This document shows, piece by piece, positions 11,370-23,529 of a DNA stretch of 64,000 nt; the stretch's first letter is position 1, and each line of letters opens with the position of its first letter. Source of the stretch: Macrostomum lignano (taxonomy: Eukaryota); contig NIVC01000305.1 of assembly GCA_002269645.1 (NCBI GenBank), positions 434,001 through 498,000 of the forward strand. Reading direction: 5' to 3'. The position numbers were made by a program, and so were the translations under genes. The notes under the pieces are model-generated. The model had not been told where the DNA came from and did no database searches. It saw only the letters and a list, made by a program, of their open reading frames with translations.

Positions 11370-12695
11370 TCAGTCAACGAAAGGCCGAACCAGGAACACG
11401 CAGAAGATGGCGACGGTAGCCACGCAACCCACGACGGCCATCAGCCGCTCCACAGCGACCGCTGCGACCTGCCACTCCGAGCGCCTCGGGTCTCCGGAGG
11501 TCTCTACAGGCTTCTCGCCGTCATCCCCACTCGCCTTGCTCACGTTGTCGGCGTCTCCCTCTGGCGCCGTCCTGCTGCCGCCTCGCCGCTCACCGCACAG
11601 CATTGCGCGGCCCAGGCAGCTCACGAACACGACCCGGAGACACGACGGCATCGGCTGAGACTCCGCAGCGAAGTGGAACCGAATCGCCACCGACGTCAGC
11701 AGCAGAGACGACGTCGACAGCACCATGGCCGCCGTGATGAACGACGCCACGGCCGGCATCGACTGCGACTTGGGCAGCAGGCCGTCCAGCAGCAGCAGGA
11801 ACACCGTGTAGCTCAGCATGATGGTGATGCCGAAGCCCAGCTTCTCTCCGGACTCGACGGGAACGAAGAAGACGAGCACCTGGAGCAGCGTAAGCAGCAG
11901 CAGGGGAGTCACCACGTTGAGCATGTAGTAAGCGGACACTCGCTCGATCTCCAGTCGTACCACGTAGGTCGGCAGCGGCATTTTCGGTAGTTCTTTGAAA
12001 ACTTTATAAAAGCGGAAGTGCACGAAGGTGCTCACATTTAGTATTCGCCATTCACTGTTTTCTCTATAGGCAGACAACTCATTGTATTCCAGACCCTGTG
12101 CGAGCATGTTGCCCTTGTGCGGCATCACCAGCTCGTTTCCGCGACCCATGTCGTACATGTAGAGCTCCAAGTCACAGGTGTGCTGATCGAACGGGAACTG
12201 CCTCATGTCGAACTCGCAGGAAAACTCCCAGCTCCGTTTCCAACTAGCGCTTACTACGGTGGAATTCGGCGACACGGAAGTCAGGAATGTGGGAATCTGG
12301 GGCTTCATCAGCTGATTGTCGCCGATACCATTGTACACAAAAATGATGGGGAACCAGATCTGGCTGGTGCCCCAGTCCACGACCGACACTCCTCCGAACT
12401 CGGACGGGTCCCACACCAGGCGCTGCTCCTCCCAGGTGGCCAGGAGCAATGCAGAAATCTTGAAGCTCTGGCTGGCGCTGTCAACAGACACGATTTGATT
12501 TACCATGACGGCCACAGAGATGTTCACAACCTCTGTGTGGTTAAGTCTTGGTCTGACCATCGGGTGATAGTCGGTGATGTTGTTCTTCAAGTACTTCATG
12601 AGCTCGATTTGTGGATCAGATGCGTTGCACAGTGGCAGAGCAGCAACGAGAGCCACTGCTGGCAAAAACAGCAGGTCCACTCTTGGATGAAGCAT
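11370..12695 (-). CDS. Cys-loop nAChR-like subunit (gene C), single coding exon, about 441 aa
   Basis: ATG at 12695 (MLHPRVDLLFLPAVALVAALPLCNA signal peptide); CEFDMRQFPFDQHTC Cys-loop; GEK M2; four TM segments; intact ORF. Confidence 0.95.
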   Translation of the reverse strand: MLHPRVDLLFLPAVALVAALPLCNASDPQIELMKYLKNNITDYHPMVRPRLNHTEVVNISVAVMVNQIVSVDSASQSFKISALLLATWEEQRLVWDPSEFGGVSVVDWGTSQIWFPIIFVYNGIGDNQLMKPQIPTFLTSVSPNSTVVSASWKRSWEFSCEFDMRQFPFDQHTCDLELYMYDMGRGNELVMPHKGNMLAQGLEYNELSAYRENSEWRILNVSTFVHFRFYKVFKELPKMPLPTYVVRLEIERVSAYYMLNVVTPLLLLTLLQVLVFFVPVESGEKLGFGITIMLSYTVFLLLLDGLLPKSQSMPAVASFITAAMVLSTSSLLLTSVAIRFHFAAESQPMPSCLRVVFVSCLGRAMLCGERRGGSRTAPEGDADNVSKASGDDGEKPVETSGDPRRSEWQVAAVAVERLMAVVGCVATVAIFCVFLVRPFVD

Positions 12696-13201
12696 TGCCA
12701 AACTCAAAATAAGAAAGTGTTTGCCGAAACTCAGCCCCTCTCTGGATAAATATCAGCTTTTGTAGGATCTTTTTCCTTAGTTCAACACAATTTATTTTAA
12801 CGTCGATTTTTATCGATCGGCCTTAAATTTAACGAACCAACAGCAAAAATTTCTCAAATTGATTTCTCAACCACCACTATGTAGTTGCCAGAATTCTTCC
12901 CGCTAATTGGCTAGGCACCTAGATACCAATTAAAAAGAGCATGGGATGTGGCACAAGAAATGATTGACACTTGTAGTAAAATCCACTCTCGACAAAAATT
13001 TAGCATTCAGCCAAAAGAGCGAAGCGTGGAAATTGATTCTCAAGATCTGTTTAGCAACTATGTTAACAATTACGTTTTGGATTTGGCAAGGATTCTGTTT
13101 ACCTCAGAGGATAATATTCAGCATTACTTTTAGTAGAAGAGACGATATTTTAATCTCAAAAATGCTTTACGCGAGCAATCTACGTTTTATAATCGTCTCA
13201 T

Positions 13202-15401
13202 TGATGTAACCGTCCTTGTCGCCTGTCCGCTCCGTAGAGAGACGAACGCATGACTAGAGGGGGCAATGATCGTAGGCTGCCTATGACCGGGCAATGACCT
13301 GACGGACCTCCAGCACCAGACTGTCCCGCCCACATGACTAGTAGCTTTGGTAGCGCTTCGTGACCAGAGGGCCAAGGACCCACATGGACCCCACCTGTAG
13401 CCAAGGTGCAATAGTTGGTCACTCGGTCATGGTATGACCGAGTGGCTGCCACCACTCTATGTGACCTGGCGCACCTGGATCTTGCTACCAGACCTCTCGA
13501 GGTTAGAGCCCCGCCTGGGATGGTTACCAGGGGATTTAGGCTAACAGGGGAGACGCATGCAGCCGAGTACAGGGACTCTGCTTGGGGCATGATCGGGAAC
13601 TCTGGGCTCAATCCTGGAGGATTTCTCAGCAGGGGATCCTTTGTGGCTGTGAGCGAGGCTGACTTGCGACTTTGATTACTAAGAGTAGTATGAGGCGAAC
13701 ATGTACTGTCTCTAGTTTAGATTGCTCAGGGCGAAGGGACGCGTTAGCATGGGGTTGCAACCTTCCTACTGCCATTCTGTGCCAAGACTCGCCAATACCC
13801 TCTACTGCACGCACTCACGGACCCGCGGCACGCACTCACACAGGCGGGCGTTGCGCGGGGAGAGGCCATTAGCTTACCCAAACTTCCTTATGCTTTGCCA
13901 CCCCGGGAGAAAGGCTTAGCAAGCCATGAGTGAAATGATGGTGAAAGAGTGAATAATGATGAGGTTAGTTAATAGTTAATAATTAGGCCCTAAGGAAAAT
14001 AATCAGGCAATTAGGCGGCTTCACTATTGAGTAAAAATACAGCAAAAGGTACGGTATCACAACTGGCTCAGCTCTCTAACCAGACAATGGAAAAATAGGC
14101 AAACCCCGGATAAGCAAGGGCAATTAGAGCACAAATTAGTAAAAGGAACTTACCGGCAGCTGCACAGAGAGAGAGAGAGAGGCGGAGTGACCGAGGGCGG
14201 CTGTAGGCTGCAGTCAGGCAGACAGTGAAGCGGCGAGGCGCTGATGTAGATCAGGCAAAGCTGATGATGCTGGGCGGTATCAGACCGCTGGCCAATAGGC
14301 GAGCTCACTTGGGGAGCTGAAGATAACTTGGCGGTAACAGACCACGGACCGGCAGGGATTCGTCTTATAGACGAATGGGTCAGAACTCAGTCTGACGGCA
14401 AGTCTAAAGAAAGACTAGGAGCCCGAAGGTTGAGGATTCTCATGCCGAAAACCGCTTCCTTTTATAGCCTTCCCAGCCGCCGCTCCAAGGTCGTTTCCAT
14501 GACTCCCTCTCTCTGATTGGCTGCCGGCCGAATGACGTCAGAATGAGTCATGATGAGAAACATGAGACCGGCATAGCAACATGAGAAATAGGGAAATTGC
14601 GCAATCCGGAGGTGGGGTTGGGGGGATAATTGGCGCAGCGGGTGGTCGCGAAAGTGTTGCGCAAGCAAACATTGAGAACAATAGGGCCGGGGTCGAGAAC
14701 AAAGGAATTCGAAATCGGGGACAATTGGGGAGAATTGAGAACAATAGAAAAGCAAACATTGGAGAAAAGGTGATAATTAGGTGCAAAAACGAGAACAAAA
14801 GAAAGAGAAAATCGGAGAAAATGTGATAATTGGTGGGGGTAAAGAGAACAAAAGAATCAAAAACGAGAACAATAGAAGCGGAGGTGGGGTGGGTGCCGCA
14901 TGAGAAATTTGGGGAGGAGAAGAATAGCATGAGAAAAGGTTGCGCAAGAGAGGGGGATGAGTCATCGATGAGTCATCGAGGGGAAGAAGGGGTCACACGA
15001 CTTGCGTCACCGTTTGGGAGCTTGGGAAGGGATGGGAGGTCGGTGAGCACACAAAATACTGTAAGTAGACGCAGAGAAAGAGGGGACAGCGCAAGAAAAG
15101 AGTGCAGAGAGAGACAAAAAGAGGGGGGATAGGGAAAGTACAAGAAGAATAGGGTGGAGCGCAGAGGAGATAAGGTAGAGGGGGAGCTACAGAGAGGGAT
15201 AGGGAGCTCCGGAAAGGCAGGTGTGACGGCAGGGGAGACGGAGCCAAGGCAGCAGGGGGGTGCAGCAGAGCGGGAGTCTCTAGGCCTGGTCGGAGACCTG
15301 GCCGAGTCTCGACAGCTCTGTGCAGGGGAGGTGCACGGGATAGGAGGCACTTTCGAAAAAGTTCCCATGCCCTATCCCGCGACCAGAGCGTGGTTACATC
15401 A
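13202..15401 (-). mobile_element. 2.2-kb solo-LTR-like insertion (TG...CA, 4-bp TSD)
   Basis: Perfect terminal inverted TGATGTAACC...GGTTACATCA; TSD TCAT at 13198-13201 and 15402-15405. The paralogous empty site upstream of gene D (about 26625-26640, CTGTCTTATCTGACACTTA) matches the rejoined flanks. No recognisable coding domain. Confidence 0.8.
14458..14550 (-). promoter_or_regulatory. LTR U3-type core promoter (AP-1, CRE, CCAAT, TATA) on the minus strand
   Basis: Minus-strand GGCTATAAAAGG (14458-14469), CCAATC (14515-14520), palindromic TGACGTCA (14533-14540) and TGAGTCA (14544-14550, also 14958 and 14969). Motifs are seen directly; activity is inferred. Confidence 0.5.
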
Positions 15402-15886
15402 TCATCTGATACTTATGTCTTAAACAAGGACGACTTAAGTAGAATGACGGGAAACCTCGTTTCTTGGAAAACTTTTGAAGGCAGTCTTTTCCGAAAAAAT
15501 ACACAACGGAAAAATCTGAATATAATAAGGTTGACGTCATTCATTTTGACGGTTTATTTTGTAAAATTGTTTACCCGAGACTGATCAGAAGTGATATTTT
15601 TATTTATATAATATGACGAAATTGTCGGGCATTAAAAACTGCCTAACCATGCACTTAAATTCTGTGGGACAACTAAAGACTCGGACAATCGAACATGTAG
15701 TCGTCATGTTGCCGTCGAAAGCCATTGAAAAAAGAATGAAAGTTGCTTAGCTTAGCTTAGTAGCTTGAGTAGCTTAGCTCTGTCTGTAGGATAGCAGCTA
15801 GGCTTGTCATTCTCGTCCAGGACCTCTGGACCTCGTCACGCTGCAGGAGGTTTCTATCGTGGCTAAGTGTCTATGGCTACTCTTTC

Positions 15887-16019
15887 TCCTAATTTGTCAA
15901 TTAAGGACCATAGACATTATAGGCATACGTCATTAGATGATGGGTCATAGGTCATAGGGCATATATGTCATAGATGACCTATGCCTATACGTCTATGATC
16001 CTAAATTGACAAATTAGGA
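15887..16019. mobile_element. Small MITE-like inverted repeat
   Basis: TCCTAATTTGTCAATTAAGGACCATAGAC versus GTCTATGATCCTAAATTGACAAATTAGGA: about 40-bp imperfect arms. Confidence 0.55.
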
Positions 16020-16519
16020 AAGCACATGTGGCTCACATGTGGCTCAGTAGAACAGCAGAAACCGACCTAGATTTTGTTGACTCAGTCCAGTGGCTCGCAT
16101 TGCCTCCTGCACTGTTCGGACGAACCTTTCTGCGAGCCCGTTGCTTTTCGGATGGTACGGCGGTGTTGTTACATGCTGGCAACCAACACTCTTGAGCCAA
16201 TTGGTTGTGTCGCGACTTTCCTAGTCATTTCTTTAGTTCACTTTTACTTGTCCGTGTTTACTCCCTTTTCTCTCTCTCTGTCTAGCTCAATCTTGTTATT
16301 CTCATCTCTCTCTCCCTCGCCGCTTCTGATTGGCTCTCCATTCTAGCCTCCCTCTTTAGTCGCGCACACCACCCCTCCTTTTATTAAATTGGAGTCAACC
16401 CCCTCTAAGATAGTCGGATAAATATACTGGTTTGGGCCCTGCGCCCACTTACTTCCTCTCTGCTCTTCTGTCTCTGCAATTTAATTATAGTTTATACTCT
16501 TATTTTCTCGATAGGTTGT

Positions 16520-19500
16520 AACCAACTGCGTCTATTGTCAGTCACCAGAGTCCTAGGAATTCCGAGCTGCGAAAAAGTTCGTCGTAGCCGAGACACCCTG
16601 TGGCTGATTCCCTGTCGTTAGTCAGATGGACTTCTGGGTAGCTTGAGAAAGACTCTACCAACACCAATAAGTACAGCCAATTGATTGGTCCCGCAGTCGG
16701 GACGATTCCATGACTCTGTAGTCTGTGGCCAGGAACTGAGGTGATTCCGGTTGCTCGATTTGACCATCTTGTACATTGTACACCTGCTGATGTAGTCCAT
16801 GACTTTGTAGCGTATTCACTAATATTATAAAAGTATTGCAGCTAGCGTATTATAATTACTGTATTCTAGAAACTTCCGCGTAAACACGCACTTTCCATAT
16901 TTGGCGTTTTGAATTCCCGCGCACCCCCTTTCTAGAAACTGCTTCTCGAACTTTCCGGATTCCGGAATGTTCCATCAACACGAATATAAATATACAGCAC
17001 CCTAGCACGCAATTACTCAAGCCCATTCTCTCTATTCTTTTCCACACGGAAACAATCAAAGAAAAATTAAAGCAAACGAACCACCGCTTTCCACGCCTCA
17101 ATTATTTTCGCTATTCTACAACTGGTCCGGTGAGGCGTCCAAAATTCATCTGAGTCCCCAGCAAGGGGCTAGGCCGTCGAAGTGCGTGTAAATATCCGTG
17201 TAAATACTGCCTGAATGTAGCATAACGCCATCATCGACATTGCCATCAACGCCATGCCTCATCGTCGTCTGCACGCGCCCGTCGTCCACGCCACTACTGG
17301 ATATAGCTACCGGATGCATCATACGTGTACGACACGATATTAACCTGATCGACGTAATTCTACAAACGTGGTATCGAAGTTGACACGGAACTCATCGACG
17401 ACAGACAGACAAATGCCTACACGGGTATTACCAGGCCGTTCGATAGAGTCTTCCGTGAACCCCACCAAATTCTACGCCAAAATAAGCCGAAATATCACCA
17501 GTCAACCAAGCTGCTATTGACCAAGGAACGCGCGGCTGAAACCTTCGGCGATCGTCTTTATATGACACCTTCCACGAGGTGATCGACATCCCGAGGGGCA
17601 ACCCAGCCTGTCAATCGGTTCGCCTTGTGCGCTCCATCAGCCATGCCCAGCAATATTCAGCGACCGCCCGCCGTCGTCCTCATATTAGTCTCGGGAGTCT
17701 GTCTGCAATTCGAAAGGTCGTCCTGCCTGACGATCCGTCGTCCTGGAGTGTGGCTGAGCGTGCCACAAGCATCCCAAGTTCTCCTACCAGAAGCGCGTTG
17801 CGTGTACACCTGCTACGAGATGCCTACCGGAGCAGAGCGACAGCCCGCCTCGACTCACGGTGCACCGATCTTGTTCCGGGTGTCGTCTGTCTGCATCCTG
17901 GCACATTCCGTCTATGTACATTGCTATTCGGCCAACCGGGGGCATCGCAGTAAGGTCTGATTTGCGAAATGACTAATTAATCAAGCAGCTTGACTTCACC
18001 AGTAATAACGTTTCACTTATTATTGAATATGTACATCATCGCCCCTATGCTGTAACAGTTTGAAATCTGCATGTACAAACGTACATGTCCACGCCCCCCC
18101 CCAATTCATCATCTAATGTATATATTTTTTTCCGGTACTTCTCCAGGTGACTCCGTCTCCGGCGGGGGAACTGTTGTAGCGTATTCACTAATATTATAAA
18201 AGTATTGCAGCTAGCGTATTATAATTACTGTATTCTAGAAACTTCCGCGTAAACACGCACTTTCCATATTTGGCGTTTTGAATTCCCGCGCACCCCCTTT
18301 CTAGAAACTGCTTCTCGAACTTTCCGGATTCCGGAATGTTCCATCAACACGAATATAAATATACAGCACCCTAGCACGCAATTACTCAAGCCCATTCTCT
18401 CTATTCTTTTCCACACGGAAACAATCAAAGAAAAATTAAAGCAAACGAACCACCGCGTTCCACGCCTCAATTATTTTCGCTATTCTACAACTTCCTTGTC
18501 CAAAGCTGGCCACCAGTATTGTGAGCGTATTAAAGACTTAGTCCTTTCCATGCTCAGGTGCGTCGAATGAGCTTTCTCCATGATCGTTTGTCTCAACGCA
18601 CGCGGTGGAACTACTCTCAATCCTCTAATAACCATTCCGTGTCCCATAGTTAGTTCGCTGGACACCATCTTGTAAGGCCGTAGGTCCTGGTGGTTGAAAT
18701 TTCCAGTTCGGATCGTTTCTTGGAGTCGTTGTAACTCCGGACATTGCTCGGACTGAATCCGCAACTGCTCAATAGTTGAAGTCGGGTGAGCCAGCTCAAC
18801 ACTGCCAATGCTGAGTGTTTGCCCCTGTCAAAAAATGCAAGAAGTCGAGACAATGCATCGGATTTCATCAGGCCAGACCTCTGATACCTCTGCGGATCAG
18901 GCCGTCCTCCAGTACGAAGCCTAGAAATCGCATCTTTCGCTGAGAGATTTGGCAATTCCTGTCGTTAATTTTGAGATTGTGCTGCTGAAGCCTCGCTCTG
19001 ACCAGCGCTTCCCTTTGTTTCAACTGCTCCTTAGTCTGGTCGCCAATTAGTATGTCATCAATAATAGGCTACGGCTCTTTCAATTCCCTGCACGAGCTGT
19101 GTGTTATCTTTGAAATATGTGGGCGCTTTAGTGATACCAAAAATCAGCCGATTATATTGAAAATTTCCAAATGGAGTCGACATAACAGTCAATGGTTTCG
19201 AGTCGTCCTCCAACTCGATCTGATTATAAGCTGGCTCTAGATCCAGGATAGTATACCAGTGACACCCTGAAACTGCACTGAAGGCTTCTTCGGCCGTTGG
19301 CATAGGATGGCTGTCCCTTACCATCTGGGGGTTTAATGTCTTTTTATAATCGACACAGAGTCTGATGTGTCCATCCGGCTTTGGCCGGAAAATATGAAAT
19401 GGTAGTTCGTGAAGCTTGTCTTGAAACTGGACTGTTCCTTTGAACTGACCAAGCGTCTGGAACTCGTATGTGTCCACGTAACCTGTCAGTTTCAGTTCAC

Positions 19501-20640
19501 TGGTCTGTAGCCGTGGCCTGCCGATTAGTCCAGACTGCATCCGACATCACGGACCCCCGTGTCCAGTTGACACTGAATCGGGATTTTCTTGTCTTCGTGC
19601 ACAAACTGTAGGGTGACGCAGATGGCATCCTGAGTCGGGCCTATAATTGCTCCAATTGTGAACTGGTCTCCATTCATCGCTAGGGACTTGCTGGACACAA
19701 ACTGCACTGAGTCGACACGGCCTGCAGCGTCTATCTTCGTCTGGCACGCCTTTTGAAAGTGGTTCAGCTTGCCGCACTTGCGACAAGCCTTCCCAGTTGC
19801 CGGTCACTGCATTTTTCCATGCGGTGGCCCACATCGAGGACAGGTGGTACTAGTGCTACGTTTGAACTTGCCTCGACTTTGTCCTTTCGACGATTGTCCT
19901 TTGGACTTGAGCACGCCGATCTTCATGACGGCCGTACTCTCTCCTTTCGGTGCGCTCTTCATGATCTCCGTGGCTATTAAGGTGGAATGAGCCTTAGTCT
20001 CGGCAACCGCATCCTTGAAGGTCAAGATATGATGGTCCTTGACCAAAAGCTTGCCTATGATCTGTTGATCCATCAGAACGAAGATTAGTTAGTCCCGCAG
20101 GCGCTCATCCTTGTTATCAAATTTGCATTTCTCCGCCGCCCGCAGAAGCCGTTCAGCGAACGCCCGCACTGACTCTCCAGGCGTGCGCGTGCACTGTTGG
20201 AACGGGTACCGTTTAGCCAATACAAAGGTTGCCGGTACCAACAGTTCCTTTTAGGCAGCCTCCAACACCGCAGCTGACAATTGACTCGGCTTTGCTGGAG
20301 CCACACGATCGGCTACTCGGTCATATAGGGCCGGAGACAGTTTCATGAGCAGCATCTGCGTCTCGGCATCCCAGCGGTAAAATTTTCCGCAATTTCAAAG
20401 CGGTCCAACCATCGGGCGAAATTATTTCCGACGTCCAGCCGCTCGATCTCCATGGAGCCTCCTCCGGTGCGCCTTGCTGCACCAGCAACTTCATAGACTG
20501 GAGTCTTGACAACAGAGACTGCTGTCTTGGTCGACAGGCTAGCCGGTGGACCTGCTCCTGTTTTTGTAGGGGAGCCAAGTGTTTTCTCGCCTTGCCTACT
20601 TATGCCTGTAGCTGATCATGCTTGCGACGCCACTGTTACA
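16520..20640 (-). mobile_element. Degenerate Ty3/Gypsy retrotransposon (gag-pol remnant), split by a nested LTR element
   Basis: PBS-like GTGGCGTCGC near 20625-20634; gag (KCKFDNKDERLRD) and CCHC knuckles CPRC/CRKCGKLNHFQKAC; protease LDTG; RT KPDGHIRLCVDY...PFGNFQYNRL with a frameshifted YIDD; integrase zinc finger AHSTHL...WWP continuing across the insert (DKEV-MDYISRC); core LRRTFSQLGIPRTLVTDN. Many stops and deletions; matching LTRs not identified. Confidence 0.85.
16806..18489 (+). mobile_element. Young non-autonomous LTR element (TRIM-like): two 315-bp LTRs and about 1.05 kb of non-coding interior
   Basis: LTRs 16806-17120 and 18175-18489 (TGTAG...CTACA) with one visible substitution; TSD ACTT (16802-16805, 18490-18493); TGG PBS-like site after LTR1; purine tract GGCGGGGGAA before LTR2. 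Confidence 0.92.
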
Positions 20641-20769
20641 TGTATATTGCGGTCTTTACCAGGGGATTATTAGCTCCCAAGTACTGTTTATTCTCTTTTT
20701 ATTTAACAGCCAGCTTTTCGTTTCAACATAAGCCAAGGAATTTTAAATCTAGAAACTGGAATGACAACT

Positions 20770-21705
20770 GAAATATCAGCTATACAAGATGAGGCAAAGA
20801 TTAGAGATCAAGTAGGCACAGGAGTATGTCAAGCAAGCAAAGCAGCCGGACTCACAAAAAAAGAATATAAGAGAAAACGATCAACTCGGGTGAATAGCGT
20901 CGAGCATGCTTTTCCACATTAACGAGCTTGAGCTGCTCAGTAATAAAAGCCGGGCAAGACGGCGCACTGCCGTCTGACGGACAATTGTCCTGCTGGAGCA
21001 ACTGTTTGAGACTTCTAGAGCAGCTCTTTGTGGTCAAATTGGAATGCATTGGATTCAGTTGCAAGACTTCACAGAGGCCATTTAATTTACAAGCTGCGTG
21101 GCTGAACTCAGAGTTGAGGACACGGGAATGATGTAGCTGTACTGTTTTGGCGATTCTGCCCGACTGCCATAAAAACTAGGACTTCCAGCTTACAATTCAC
21201 GACTATGCTGAGAGTGTCTGCTCATTGATGCGCAGCAAATCCGGACGGCTTCTTCTCTTCGAAAACTTAGCGACCAGATCATCAAGTGAGCGAATTCTTT
21301 CACTGGCAAAATAATCTCTCTTGTTGTTCCACCTGTGCGACATCAATCTCGTGACGCCGTTGCGACGATGCGTTTTCTGATCGCGAAGCTGGTGGAGTGT
21401 TTGTGAAATATGATGGCATGCTGGTCGTGCTGTATTGGGGGAACTGCATCTTCTCCTAATCTTCTTTTTACAAGATTGGCACCTTCTTCGTGTTGTTTCG
21501 TTTTCCGATATGCATTGCTGTCCTGATTCTCAGTAATAAAATCTGATTCCGTGAAGTGAAGAGAGCAAATTCGAGTGGGCTTCGATGGCTTGAAAGTTGC
21601 TTCTCGGGAAATGCTCTTTAACCATTTTCCAGCAGGTCGTCTCGATTCGGAAACTTTTGGAATGAAATCCTCGCTGACCCTGCCGTTGCCGACTTTTTTT
21701 GGCAT
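20770..21705 (-). pseudogene. THAP-domain / P-element (THAP9-like) transposase 5' remnant
   Basis: THAP core W...PTRICSLHF...RLGEDAVPPI (21343-21705), then RRYSPELIVFSYILF and, after a frame change, SPAA...LP, typical of the P-transposase N-terminus. Stops and frameshifts. Confidence 0.7.
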
Positions 21706-23529
21706 GCAGAGGTCTCAAAACTTCTGCAGAGGACGCAGAGACTTGGCTTCAGGAAAGTCACTCTGGCATATTAGTGCTTACAGGCTAAGACAAAATAAGG
21801 CGAACGAAGCTGATTCTTCTTAGTGGCAATTTAAGTTGATGCGGCAAACAAACCCTATGTCTGTGACAATCGCAGTAAGCCTTATCTTGTATAAAAAGTC
21901 ATCACCGCTATTTCAGTTGTCATTCCAGTAGGATTTAAAAATCCTTGGCTTGACGAATAGCCACAGCAGCAGACCCACAGCAGTTGAGCTGCAACATTTC
22001 GCTGAAACTGACAGTTCTGTGGGTAAATTCATTTAATGCAGCTCGCGTGACCAGCAGTAATTCGACGATAGTCAATGTAAAAGTAAAGAACGGATACAAT
22101 TAAGAGCACCAATTTTTTTGGTGTGCCCTCGGTCATAAACATTTGGTGCACGAGTAGCCGTTCTTCACCGGTATTGTATGATTTTGAAGGCGTTTGGACC
22201 GCAGATATTTGAAGCGTGCGGCAATCAGTTTGGGTCAGCGTGCACCAATGATTCATATGATTCAATGATTCAATGATTCAATTCAATGATTCAATGATTC
22301 AATTCTAAATCCTAGATTTAGAATTCCTTGATTCATTGTATTATTTTGGAGCCCGGTTTCTAGGGCTCCACCAATGAAGCCAAATTGCTGCACGCTTCAA
22401 ATGTCTATGGCCAAACCGCACTGAGCAAAACACTTCAGCAAAAATCCAAGGGAGCCAAAATCTAAACTCAGTCAATAGGCCTGCGAGCAAAAGTGGATAG
22501 CTACCAGTAGCACGTAGTACACCTCCTGTTGAAGAATGGATCATTTCGGTCCATTCGGTCCATTTCGGTCCACAAGGGATCACTTCGGTCAAAGTAGCGG
22601 CGTTGCTTTTCCAAATCCTCTGTCTCCAAATCACAGAACGGTTTCAGAGAGCCACCTAACTTGATGAACATTGGCGGCGGTGGCTTTGAATTGAAGATTG
22701 ACCGTTCCGAAACGTTGATCCTAATGATATTGATTCCACAGACACGAAGTAGATAGCGGAATAGACCAGCTCAAGCGGTAATCAATGAAGCAGGCGCATA
22801 AAATCCGCCGTCAATCTTGAGTAAGCGTAGAAGAGCGCAGAAGATGCTCAATCCAGTGACTAGATGTTGAATATCGGCTGTCGCCGGATCGCAGGGGTAG
22901 CTCTTGCTTTGACAGAACCTCGCTAAACATACGAAGCACTAATTTTCTTGCACTTGAACAGACCGGCGTATTGTCCAATTGCATAATATCCATTTCATTG
23001 ATCTCAGAGCTGAGAAGCTTCAACTTCATCGGCGTCCAATTGAATGAGATCGTCAAGCATTCACGGCATTGCGGTTGTTGAATCCAAAATGAAATCCATT
23101 AGCCTTTGATCGCAGTCGTGCGTTTAGCTTAAGCTAGCTATGAACCTTCTGCTACTTGACTTACAACTTCATGTCTACACTTTCTATTTTGGACCATTGA
23201 TATTTCAAACGTGCAGCAATGGTATATTCCTGAACGTGAAGGAATCCCATTGTCGGATGATTCATGGTGTGCAGGAATGCACAAAACCGTGCAGGAATGC
23301 ATTTCTGCGCCTAATGCTTTTTCAGTGAGATTTTACCATAGATATCCATTCCTGCACGCAAAAGAGTGCAAGAATGCCATTCCTGCATGGAAAATCAGCC
23401 GACAATGCCTTTTATACTGCATTTCGACGCTTTCAAATATGCATCTGCACAGCACAGATATCATTAAGTTTAGGCAATTCATAGTCGCCCAACGCTGAGC
23501 TAGATGTAAAAGCATTCTCAAAAGCAGTT

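Noticed and set aside
14538-15423. Several 80-130 aa ORFs inside the solo-LTR-like element
   Set aside because: Low-complexity purine/pyrimidine-skewed DNA with no domain motifs.
16070-16500. Possible 3' LTR of the outer Gypsy element
   Set aside because: Only TGTTACATG is shared with the 20633 end; adjacent sequences do not match, so an LTR pair cannot be supported.
23200-23420. Recurrent TGCAGGAATG / CATTCCTGCA motifs in both orientations
   Set aside because: Probably sub-terminal repeats of a decayed MITE; no ends or TSD could be defined.
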